A DNA stretch of 63,768 bases, filler included, from an uncultured Methanosarcinales archaeon (GTDB lineage: Archaea; Nanobdellota; Nanobdellia; Woesearchaeales; CAYMBN01): the NCBI GenBank assembly GCA_964388715.1. It is 4 parts of 3 records of this genome, joined end to end, with 100 filler letters (N's around TTAATTAATTAA, not from the genome) between each part and the next. Parts side by side here need not be neighbours in the genome. Positions count along the whole stretch, not along the records: positions 1 to 12,961 come from CAYMBN010000001.1; positions 13,062 to 44,501 come from CAYMBN010000002.1; 2 more parts are not named here. One strand, 5' to 3'. Both the position numbers and the translations under genes were made by a program. Shown here in pieces: positions 8,732-17,090 of the stretch. Numbering within the stretch: the stretch's first letter is position 1; each line of letters begins with the position of its first letter. The notes under the pieces are model-generated. The model ran no database searches and was not told where the DNA came from. It saw only the letters and a program-made list of their open reading frames with translations.

Positions 8732-9913
8732 CTAGATACTATCTCTGATCATTTTGACTGCTTTTCTTCGTAATGGTTTGTAAATTATGACAGTGATCTT
8801 TTTTGATTTCTTTTTGAGTGATTTTATCCAGGAAACTTCTGTTTTAACCAAACTAAGATCAGCTAACTTTTCAACAAAAGTTCTGATTCTTCTTTCTGAT
8901 AATGGTTTGACATCATAACGTGTACAAGCTTTTTGGTATTGCTTGTACACATCAGAGCCAATTAAATACCCCCCTTTCCCTTTTAAGATTGTAGATAACA
9001 AAACCTTTTGATGTTTTGCTAGTGAAGATATTGTTTTGTATAATGCATCTTTTTTAACTGCATGATCTGCTTTATCAACTAAATCAAGTGTAATTTTTGT
9101 TCTTCTTAGTGAGAGAGCTAACTTACCACAGCTATCTAATAACTCTAAGCTTTTTCTTGCATCACCGTGTCTTTCAACTTCAATCTCACTTATTTTTTTA
9201 ATTACACCTTCACTAACAACTTTTGCCTTAAATGCAAACTTAATCCTTGCTTTGAGAATGTCTTCTAATTCTTGTGCATTATATGAATTAAAGATTACTT
9301 TGATTCTTCCAAATGCTGATTGTGTCTTTGGTTTAATATAATCATAAATCTTAGGGTCATTTGAGATAACAATACTTGAAACATTTGAACCTAATTTTTT
9401 ACTTACTCTGGTTAATCTGTAGAGAATGTCGTCTCCGCTATGTTTTAGTGCGACATCAATCTCATCAAGAATGACAATAAGATTAAATTTTCCAGCTTTT
9501 AATGTTTTGTTGAACTCATCAACTGCTTTTGATCTTGTCCAACCCATTCTTGGATATTTGATATGTGGGTTAAGTTGTGATAATATTTCAATAAGAATGA
9601 CTGTTTCTGTTCTGTTTTCACTGCAGTTTACATAACAGGAACGCATTTGAACTTCATGTTTTTTAGCTTCTTGTTTAAGTTCTTTTAATAGATCAGATAT
9701 TAATCCTGTTTTGCCTGTGCCAGGCGGACCATAAACAAAGACACAAGGAACAACAGAGTTCATTAAAATAGGTGAAAGTTCCATAACTAGTTCGTTTTTT
9801 TGTTCAAGTCTATGTAAGAACTCTCCACTTGGAGGATGCATACTATAAAGGACATCCCTATTAAGAAATATGGGGTTCTTTAGTACCGATGCAAATGTTA
9901 ATGCTTTTGTCAT
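8732..9913 (-). CDS. cdc6: Cdc6/Orc1 replication initiator (AAA+ with C-terminal winged helix)
   Basis: Walker A YGPPGTGKT, YVNC, Walker B IVILDEID, ISND, YNAQELEDILKAR, HGDARKSLELL, wH PLSERR. Confidence 0.93.
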   Translation of the reverse strand: MTKALTFASVLKNPIFLNRDVLYSMHPPSGEFLHRLEQKNELVMELSPILMNSVVPCVFVYGPPGTGKTGLISDLLKELKQEAKKHEVQMRSCYVNCSENRTETVILIEILSQLNPHIKYPRMGWTRSKAVDEFNKTLKAGKFNLIVILDEIDVALKHSGDDILYRLTRVSKKLGSNVSSIVISNDPKIYDYIKPKTQSAFGRIKVIFNSYNAQELEDILKARIKFAFKAKVVSEGVIKKISEIEVERHGDARKSLELLDSCGKLALSLRRTKITLDLVDKADHAVKKDALYKTISSLAKHQKVLLSTILKGKGGYLIGSDVYKQYQKACTRYDVKPLSERRIRTFVEKLADLSLVKTEVSWIKSLKKKSKKITVIIYKPLRRKAVKMIRDSI

Positions 9914-10041
9914 GAATTATCACTTTTGATTTAACAGTGACGCACCAAAATATAATGAACAAGGTCTAAAATGAGGTGAAAAGACCTTGCTCATGTAAGT
10001 GGTATACTACCACCCCCCAACATATTCCTATAGTCTAACTA

Positions 10042-10092
10042 CTATATAAATGTTCCGATTTTTCCCTTACGACCCCTGTTTCCGATACTTCC
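10042..10092 (-). promoter_or_regulatory. cdc6 promoter with ORB-like element
   Basis: Minus strand reads TCGGAAACAGGGGT (ORB half-site plus G-string, core 10072-10083), then a second TCGGAAC, then TATA TTTATATAG (10042-10050). Confidence 0.55.
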
Positions 10093-10166
10093 AATTATGC
10101 CTTTAACAGCCGTTACAGCTTTTCTAAAGGCAAAAATATAAATATTGGCGATCTATTAGATGTGTT

Positions 10167-10730
10167 ATGTTATATAATATTTTGAGTAATAAGAAGTGTG
10201 TAGGAATATTGAAACTATTGTATGATCAAGAGGTTATTAAGAAGGAATCTTACACTATGTTTCTTTCTGCTATTCAGGAAGCTCTTAAAACAAAGTCTGA
10301 TCTTAAAGATGAGCTTATTACACTGAAACAAGCTGGATTGGTTAATCTCGACGTGCTAGAGAGAAATAAGATTGTTGCTATATCTAAGAAAGGTAAGAAA
10401 TTTATGAAAATATTTGATCAACTTTTGAATTTGGTTAATTATGAAGGGATTGAAGTAGAGGTAAAAGGTAGAAAAATCCAGATTAAGTATAATTTGACTA
10501 ATAATGAAAAAAAGGCTTTGAAAATGATGTATAAGCTTTGTGATAAATCAACAATGCCTATCAGCCTAAACATGCTTGTTATGTCATTATTTCCAGTTGA
10601 AAATTTTGAAGAGAAAACCCCTTTTGTTGTGAAAACTCTTAAAAGGCTTGAAAAGCTTAATTTCGTGAGTTTAGGAGCTCAAAGAGCTAATTTAACAGAG
10701 AAAGGGTTAAAGGTTATTTCTGAGGAATAA
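10167..10730 (+). CDS. Tandem winged-helix protein
   Basis: Two wHTH-like ends: LITLKQAGLV..ISKKGKK and LKRLEKLNFV..LTEKGLK; divergent from cdc6. Confidence 0.7.
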   Translation: MLYNILSNKKCVGILKLLYDQEVIKKESYTMFLSAIQEALKTKSDLKDELITLKQAGLVNLDVLERNKIVAISKKGKKFMKIFDQLLNLVNYEGIEVEVKGRKIQIKYNLTNNEKKALKMMYKLCDKSTMPISLNMLVMSLFPVENFEEKTPFVVKTLKRLEKLNFVSLGAQRANLTEKGLKVISEE

Positions 10731-10746
10731 TTGTAAAATCAAAAGA

Positions 10747-10779
10747 TTTATATATTAGTATACCTATTAGTATACTAAT
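10747..10779 (+). promoter_or_regulatory. TATA box followed by a perfect 14-bp palindrome (putative operator)
   Basis: TTTATATA at 10747-10754; TATTAGTATAC repeated twice; ATTAGTATACTAAT at 10766-10779. Confidence 0.5.
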
Positions 10780-10792
10780 GTAGCTTATTATC

Positions 10793-11815
10793 ATGGGATT
10801 AAGAGCATTATTAGGAAGAAGATCAGTAAAACCCAAAGAAGAGGTTGTTTTAGATAGTTCTAGTTCTGGAGTATTAAAATATTCGAGCTTAGATTTTTAC
10901 AATGGAAGTGATCCTGTTTGGATTGCTATTGATATTGCAAGTGCATGGGATAGTGGAGTACTTGATTCTGGTAATCCAGATAAGGTTGGAGATGTTTTGA
11001 ATAAGTTAAGTGAGATTCATGAATATGATCAATATATTGGACTTACTGGACAATCTTATGATTTAGAAAATATGCGGGCTAGATTATTAAGAAGAAGGAC
11101 AGAATTAGAAAGAAGAAAGGAAGAAAAACAAAAACCTGTTGTTTTGACGCAACCAAATGATTTTCTACTTCAACTTAATGCTTTGGGTTTTAGTGATGAG
11201 TTTGTTATTGATACACTAAAAAGAATAGATGGAATTAGGAAAAGGTATACTTTCACAATAGAAGATGTTGTTTTTAGTGCTAAGGATAAAGAAAATCTTG
11301 ATGCTCTTGAAAAAGATCCTAGCAGAATTGCAGATGATAAAACATATAAGCCATTATTTAAAGCACAAGAAAACATAAGTAGATTAAGGCCAATTAATGA
11401 AGCTGTTTTAGGATTATATCAAAAAGCTTTGAATTGTTTAATATATGGTTCAATCATTGTTGAAAAAGATCATGAGACTAATTTGTTATTGCAGGCAATT
11501 TTCAAGAAAAAGTATGATCAGTATCAAAAAAAAGCTCAAAAAATAGATGCTAAAGATTTTAGATTATTGAGAATGAAAACAGCAGGGTTGTTGAAAACAA
11601 TCTATAAGTTGGCTAATAATGGAACAATATTCATTCCTTTTAAAGAGATGATTGGTCCTAGTAAGAATCTAGAACTTAATCTTGCTGAAAATTATAAACG
11701 ACTTGTTGCACTTGAGGTTGGTTCTACAATTGATTTAGAGGATTTTTATCTGCATAAAATAACTGCTCCTATATTGAAATATAATGTTACAAGTGGAAAT
11801 CTGACAAAGAATTAG
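10793..11815 (+). CDS. Hypothetical helical protein
   Basis: 340-aa ORF with its own TATA; no motif recognised. Confidence 0.7.
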   Translation: MGLRALLGRRSVKPKEEVVLDSSSSGVLKYSSLDFYNGSDPVWIAIDIASAWDSGVLDSGNPDKVGDVLNKLSEIHEYDQYIGLTGQSYDLENMRARLLRRRTELERRKEEKQKPVVLTQPNDFLLQLNALGFSDEFVIDTLKRIDGIRKRYTFTIEDVVFSAKDKENLDALEKDPSRIADDKTYKPLFKAQENISRLRPINEAVLGLYQKALNCLIYGSIIVEKDHETNLLLQAIFKKKYDQYQKKAQKIDAKDFRLLRMKTAGLLKTIYKLANNGTIFIPFKEMIGPSKNLELNLAENYKRLVALEVGSTIDLEDFYLHKITAPILKYNVTSGNLTKN

Positions 11816-11985
11816 TCTTGCATCTTTTCTTTAATAGCTTGTTTTAATGCTTTGGCTTGGTCTTCTAAAGTGTTTAACATGCCAAGATCACTAAAGTTTT
11901 CTTTTGCACATTCTTCACAATAGAAATCACTACAATTACTAATTGCAAACTTAGCTTCTTCACCACAGATAATACATTTTTTCAT
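11812..11985 (-). CDS. Small zinc-finger protein, 57 aa (not in ORF track)
   Basis: MKKCIICGEEAKFAISNCSDFYCEECAKENFSDLGMLNTLEDQAKALKQAIKEKMQD; two CxxC; begins 8 nt after the DUF655 stop. Confidence 0.8.
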   Translation of the reverse strand: MKKCIICGEEAKFAISNCSDFYCEECAKENFSDLGMLNTLEDQAKALKQAIKEKMQD

Positions 11986-11993
11986 GAATGTGA

Positions 11994-12551
11994 TTAATTG
12001 TCGACAAAGATATGATGTTTTTCTTTGCCGCTTAGCTCTCTCATAATTCGTTTTATGATTGCTTTTTCAGGGTCAGGCATTAACTTTATTCTTGATTTGA
12101 TATCTTGGAAACTTTCGAAAAGTTTTTCATCTCTTTTTTCGATTATTTCCCACATGTGTTTTTTGCCTAGTCCTGGCAATAGTTCGAGCTGATGCATTCT
12201 TGTACTTAAAGGTTGAGCTTTATTAAAGAAATCAATAAATCTTTTCTCATTCTTTTTAACTAAATCTTTGATTGTAAATTCTAATTCTGATTTTGCTGTT
12301 TCAGTTAGTTTGTGAATAGCAAGTTTACCAACAATATGATGGATTTTTTCTCTTTTACCTTCTCCTATATATACCTCCTCATAGGGTTGTAAGAATATTC
12401 CTTTTTTTGGAACTAATTCTAACAAAACAAAGTGTTCCTTCCCAATAGCTTGTGCTATTGCTGTTTTTCTATGCATTGGTGTTGTGTCAAATGGATATCC
12501 ATTTGGTAAAAAGTCCAACACAATTGCATTTTCTTCTTTATGCGTTTCCAT
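11994..12551 (-). CDS. DUF655 family putative RNA-binding protein
   Basis: AIVLDFLPNG, AQAIG..F.LLEL, FFNKAQPLSTRMHQLELLPGLGKK (HhH); conserved position after rpo4. Confidence 0.93.
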   Translation of the reverse strand: METHKEENAIVLDFLPNGYPFDTTPMHRKTAIAQAIGKEHFVLLELVPKKGIFLQPYEEVYIGEGKREKIHHIVGKLAIHKLTETAKSELEFTIKDLVKKNEKRFIDFFNKAQPLSTRMHQLELLPGLGKKHMWEIIEKRDEKLFESFQDIKSRIKLMPDPEKAIIKRIMRELSGKEKHHIFVDN

Positions 12552-12888
12552 GTTTATTAATCACATCAACAATTTTTTTGAGATCCTCTTGTTTTACACT
12601 AAGAGGATAACCTTGCATTACCACTTTTAGTTCTTCAACTGTTTTTGGTAAAAGATCAACTATTTTTGTAACATATTCTGGCTTTAACCGTGTTATGTTA
12701 AGTTTTTCGATTTTTTGTTTTAATTCTTCTGTTTGTTTTTGTTTAAGTGTAGCAAACTGATTAAGGTAATCTTCTGTTTTGTTTGCTCTAAAGTTTAATT
12801 CACCATCTCTTTTCTTAACTTTGTCAAGTTCTTGTCTTAGTTCAGACATTGTTATTGGTGTTTCTTTGATTAAGATTGGTTTTGCCAT
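12538..12888 (-). CDS. rpo4: RNA polymerase subunit Rpo4 (RpoF)
   Basis: ELNFRANKTEDYLNQF, KIVDLLPKTVEELKVV; GGAGG RBS; synteny with DUF655. Confidence 0.88.
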   Translation of the reverse strand: MAKPILIKETPITMSELRQELDKVKKRDGELNFRANKTEDYLNQFATLKQKQTEELKQKIEKLNITRLKPEYVTKIVDLLPKTVEELKVVMQGYPLSVKQEDLKKIVDVINKHGNA

Positions 12889-12944
12889 TTCAAATTCCTC
12901 CGAAATTTGTAATAGGTCAAAAACAAAGGTTTTCGACCCATTTT

Positions 12945-12961
12945 TTATACCCTCTTAAGAT
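12945..12961 (-). CDS. rpl21e: Probable 3' end of ribosomal protein L21e (partial, contig edge)
   Basis: Reads (x)AT-LKRV-stop, like the HLK end of L21e, in the conserved rpl21e-rpo4-DUF655 position; only 17 nt visible. Confidence 0.45.
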
Positions 12962-13061
12962 NNNNNNNNNNNNNNNNNNNNNNNNNNNNNNNNNNNNNNN
13001 NNNNNTTAATTAATTAANNNNNNNNNNNNNNNNNNNNNNNNNNNNNNNNNNNNNNNNNNNN
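12962..13061. other. Artificial contig-joining linker
   Basis: N-run + TTAATTAATTAA (stops in all six frames) + N-run. Confidence 0.97.
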
Positions 13062-13404
13062 CATTACTTCCTATGACAGCGCCTTTTTTGATTAATGTTT
13101 TTTTCCATTCTTTATCACTACCTGTTCTTTTTTTAGATGGTGGGTTAATGTCATTGATTGTCATAACTCCATGACCAATGAAAACATTATCTTCAATTGT
13201 TACTAATGAACAGATGAATGAGTGTGAAGATATTGTTACATTGTTACCTATTTTAACATCTTTTTGTATTTCAACAAAAGAACCAATATTACAGTTTTCT
13301 CCTATTTCACAGCCATAAATGTTTGTGAAGTGCCAGATTTGTGTTCCGTTACCAATTTTACAATCTTTTATTTTTGAAGTTTCAGATTTTTTTATATCTT
13401 GCAT
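13062..13404 (-). CDS. Hexapeptide-repeat sugar N-acetyltransferase (WbpD/WlbB-like), 3'-truncated
   Basis: KIGNGTQIWHF, IGENCNIG, IEDNVFIGHGVMTIND, KGAVIGSN. Confidence 0.85.
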
Positions 13405-13405
13405 T

Positions 13406-14449
13406 TTAATCAACCTTTAATGGTAGGAAAATTTCCTTACCTGTTTGAGCAGAAACATGTGCTGCTTGCATTATTTCTACTGATCTTTTACCTTCTAAAG
13501 AAGGTGTTGAAGGTTCTTCTCCATGAAGTAATGCATTGGTTACGTTCTGAATAACTTTATCATGGTTTGACATTGAACCTTTATATTTACCATAATCATT
13601 AGGAGGAGATCCTTTTTCAAGTTTTGGGAATGGTACTCCTTCAACATCCCATATTTCAAGTGCGTTTAGGTATTGTCCAGCTATTCTAGCTGTTCCTTTT
13701 TTTCCTATTAAACTTATTGAACCTTCAATGTTTTGTTTGTATACACATGTTGTATAATTTAATATTCCAATTGCACCATTAGCAAACTTTAATGTGACAA
13801 CACCAGTGTCTTCTGTTTCAATATTATGGTTAAATGTGTCCATTTTAGCAAAGACACTTTTTACTTCACCGCCAATCCAGATCATAAGATCAAGAAAATG
13901 ACTACATTGAGTGAATAATGTTCCACCATCTAACCTCTTGGTCCCTCGCCATTTGGCTTGGTCATAGTATTCTTGACCACGATTCCAGAATACGTTTGAG
14001 GTTATCATGTATATTTTTTCAAAAGCATTTTTTTTCACCATGTCTTTCAAAAACTTGATTGGAGGATTAAATCTGTTTTGTTTAACAATAAATAATTTGA
14101 CATTATTTTCTTTTTCAGCTTTTATCATTGCATCTGCTTGTGCTATATCAAGTGCCATTGGTTTTTCACACAATACATGTTTCTTTGCATTCATACAATC
14201 TATACTCATTTCTGCATGTAAACCATTTGGAGTGCAGACTGTTATAACATTAATATTTTCATCTTTGATCATTTCTTTGTAATCTGTGAAATATTTACAA
14301 TTAAATCTTTCAGCTAGGCTTTTGGCATTTTCTTCAATAGCATCACATACTGCATATAACTCTGCATTTTCTATTGGTTGCATTTTTTCAGCATGTCTTT
14401 TACCAATATGTCCACATCCAATAATTGCGAATTTGATTTTTTGAGTCAT
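13406..14449 (-). CDS. Gfo/Idh/MocA oxidoreductase (WbpB/WlbA-like nucleotide-sugar 3-dehydrogenase)
   Basis: IIGCGHIG, CTPNGLH, HVLCEKPMA, VKQNRFNP, WRGT..DGG, QCSHFLDL, IETEDTG. Confidence 0.85.
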   Translation of the reverse strand: MTQKIKFAIIGCGHIGKRHAEKMQPIENAELYAVCDAIEENAKSLAERFNCKYFTDYKEMIKDENINVITVCTPNGLHAEMSIDCMNAKKHVLCEKPMALDIAQADAMIKAEKENNVKLFIVKQNRFNPPIKFLKDMVKKNAFEKIYMITSNVFWNRGQEYYDQAKWRGTKRLDGGTLFTQCSHFLDLMIWIGGEVKSVFAKMDTFNHNIETEDTGVVTLKFANGAIGILNYTTCVYKQNIEGSISLIGKKGTARIAGQYLNALEIWDVEGVPFPKLEKGSPPNDYGKYKGSMSNHDKVIQNVTNALLHGEEPSTPSLEGKRSVEIMQAAHVSAQTGKEIFLPLKVD

Positions 14450-14474
14450 TTTTCATTTATTATTTTTTGCTTAG

Positions 14475-15884
14475 CTATTTTTTACCTAAAAATAAACTTT
14501 TTGCTGCACTCATTGAATTTACAAAGGCAGCTTTGATTCCAGCTCTTCTAAGATTATATATTATTCTTTTTGGAGTCATGTAAAAGCTCATTAATGCTTT
14601 TTTTTGTAATTTGATAAGATCCTCTCTTTTTAGATCATTAACTTCAATAACTGCATTACCCCATCTTCTGAATTCTTTCCAGTCTTTTGTTAATAATTTG
14701 ATTCCACCATAACCTTTTACAGCCATGTCATAGTATTCTGTGCCTGGGAAAGGTGTACCTATGTTAACATATGCTTGGTAACACTTGAGTGACTTCATAA
14801 ATTTTATGGTTTTTTCAACTGTTTTCTTTGTTTCAAATGGTAGTCCTAAAACAATTGACATTCTTGTCTCAATGCCAAGTTTATCTGTTAATTCATATGC
14901 TTTTCTGATTTGTTCAAGTGTTATACCTTTTTTTGCTGCATCTAGTATGTGTTGGTTTCCACTTTCTACTCCAAATGATAATCTGTTAAGACCAATACTT
15001 TTAAGTTTTTCAAGTAATTCTTTATTTATTATATTAACTCTTGTCATACCTTCAAAAGTAAAGTCAAGTTTTTCTTTTTTAATTGCATCAACTAATTCAT
15101 AAGTAAGCTTTTTATTGAGGCCAAGAGTATCATCATAAAATATAAGGTGGTTTATCTTGTATTTGTTAACAATTTCATCAATTTCTTTTATAACATTATC
15201 AACTGATCTGTATCTCATACAGTTTCCAAAAATAACTAGTTGAGAACAGAAAACACATTTGTAAGGACAACCTCTTGTTGTCATTATAGGTGTGCTAGGA
15301 ATTATTCCTTTTTTTGGAACACTCCACAAGTATTTTTCATTTTTTACAAGATATCTTGCTGGAAGTGGTATTGAGTTTAGGTCTTTGATAAGTTCTCTTT
15401 TTCCTGTAATTTTAGCTTGATTTTTCTCTTTGTAGCATATTCCTTTTATTTTTGATAATTTATTTTGATTACATATTTCTCTGATTGTTTGTTCTGATTC
15501 ACCAATTGAAACAATGTCAACTTCAGGACATTCTTTTATTGTTTGTTGGGGTAGTGAAGTAGGATGAGGGCCACCCATAATGGTTTTAATTGAAGGGTTT
15601 GCTTGTTTTATTGCTTTGATAAGTTCAATAGATTTGTGATGAATAGGTGTTGTAGAAGTGATTCCTACAATGTCTGGGTTTTCTGAAACTACTTTTTTTA
15701 CAATTTCAGGCTTTGATAGGTTTTCTACTTCTGTGTCTATTATTTTAACATCATGACCATCCTGTTCTAAAGAGGCTGCTAAGTACATTAAACCCAATGG
15801 TGGATAAACAACTCCTACCTTAGCAGCAGCCCTATATCTACCATAAATGTCTGTAAATTCTGGATATATCAGTATGACTTTCAT
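14475..15884 (-). CDS. B12-binding radical SAM protein (class B methyltransferase-like)
   Basis: PPLGLMYLAA, GGPHPT, GESE, TRGCPYKCVFC, DDT, GVESGNQ, GLPFET, PFPGT. Confidence 0.9.
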   Translation of the reverse strand: MKVILIYPEFTDIYGRYRAAAKVGVVYPPLGLMYLAASLEQDGHDVKIIDTEVENLSKPEIVKKVVSENPDIVGITSTTPIHHKSIELIKAIKQANPSIKTIMGGPHPTSLPQQTIKECPEVDIVSIGESEQTIREICNQNKLSKIKGICYKEKNQAKITGKRELIKDLNSIPLPARYLVKNEKYLWSVPKKGIIPSTPIMTTRGCPYKCVFCSQLVIFGNCMRYRSVDNVIKEIDEIVNKYKINHLIFYDDTLGLNKKLTYELVDAIKKEKLDFTFEGMTRVNIINKELLEKLKSIGLNRLSFGVESGNQHILDAAKKGITLEQIRKAYELTDKLGIETRMSIVLGLPFETKKTVEKTIKFMKSLKCYQAYVNIGTPFPGTEYYDMAVKGYGGIKLLTKDWKEFRRWGNAVIEVNDLKREDLIKLQKKALMSFYMTPKRIIYNLRRAGIKAAFVNSMSAAKSLFLGKK

Positions 15885-15960
15885 TTATACTCGAGATAAA
15901 TCAGGTATTTATATGGTTTTTGGTAAAAATTTAAATATTAAGATTGATTTTTAGCTGATT

Positions 15961-17049
15961 ATGGGAGGGGTTAAGTTGTTAATGGATACTGGAGTGTATT
16001 ATCTTAAATTACACTTATCTAGATACTTTTCCTTTGTAAGAGTTAATCCTTTTGCTGTTTTTCTTGAGATAACAAGGAATTGTAATCTTAAGTGTAAGAT
16101 GTGTGAGATTTGGAGGCAAAGGATAGATCCAAAAAATGAATTAACAAAAGAAGAGATCTTTACTTTGATCAAAGATGCAAAAGATCTTGGTGTTAAACTT
16201 ATTAATATTGATGGTGGTGAAGCTTTTCTTAGACCTGACATATTTGAAATAATCAATGAAATAAAAAGGAATGGTATGAAGGTTTATATTAATAGTAATG
16301 GTACTTTGTGTACTGATAGTTTTATTAAGAAGATTGTCAATAGTGGACTTGATTCAATAACTTTTTCTTTAGATGGTAAGGATGCGAAAACACATGATTT
16401 TATAAGGGGTGTGCCTGGTGTTTTTGATAAGGTTACTGGAATGATTAGAAAGTTAACTTCTATGAAAAATGCTCCTAAGGTTGCTGTTCTTATGACTATT
16501 TCAAAGTATAATATTGATCAAGCAATGGATACAATTAATTTGTGCGTTGGTATGAATGTTGAAAGTGTAAGATTGGCTCCTGTGCATAGATCATACCCAT
16601 TTGATACATCATCAAAAAATACTTATGATGAACAGATGTTAGATGAAAATGATATTCCTAAATTAAAGAAAATAATTAAATATGTTAAATTAATGTCAAA
16701 AAAACATGGTGTTTATATTGATTCTGATCCTTTCCTTGATGGCATAACAAAATATCTTCAAGGAAATGTACCAAAACATGTTTGTTTTGCAAATACAACT
16801 TATATTCAGATAACTTCAAATGGTAGTATTAAGCCTTGTTTGTTTGAAGGTGTTGTTGGTAATATAAAAGAACAATCATTAAAGGAAATTGTAAGGTCAC
16901 AAAGGTCAAGGAAGTATTCAAGAAAAATTCAAAATATGTATTGTAAAAAATGTTGGCTTTCTTGTTATCAGGAGTCAAATATTAAATTTAATTATAAATA
17001 TCTTTATAATAATTTTAAATCTCTATTAAGAGATTTAAAACATTTTTGA
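15961..17049 (+). CDS. Radical SAM / SPASM-twitch protein
   Basis: ITRNCNLKCKMC, GGEAFLRPD, SLDG..HDFIRG; C-terminal CFA..G.IKPC..GNI..CKKCWLSC. Confidence 0.88.
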   Translation: MGGVKLLMDTGVYYLKLHLSRYFSFVRVNPFAVFLEITRNCNLKCKMCEIWRQRIDPKNELTKEEIFTLIKDAKDLGVKLINIDGGEAFLRPDIFEIINEIKRNGMKVYINSNGTLCTDSFIKKIVNSGLDSITFSLDGKDAKTHDFIRGVPGVFDKVTGMIRKLTSMKNAPKVAVLMTISKYNIDQAMDTINLCVGMNVESVRLAPVHRSYPFDTSSKNTYDEQMLDENDIPKLKKIIKYVKLMSKKHGVYIDSDPFLDGITKYLQGNVPKHVCFANTTYIQITSNGSIKPCLFEGVVGNIKEQSLKEIVRSQRSRKYSRKIQNMYCKKCWLSCYQESNIKFNYKYLYNNFKSLLRDLKHF

Positions 17050-17090
17050 AAAGTGGTTTTTGAAAAATTTTTGATAAGGATATATTCAAA

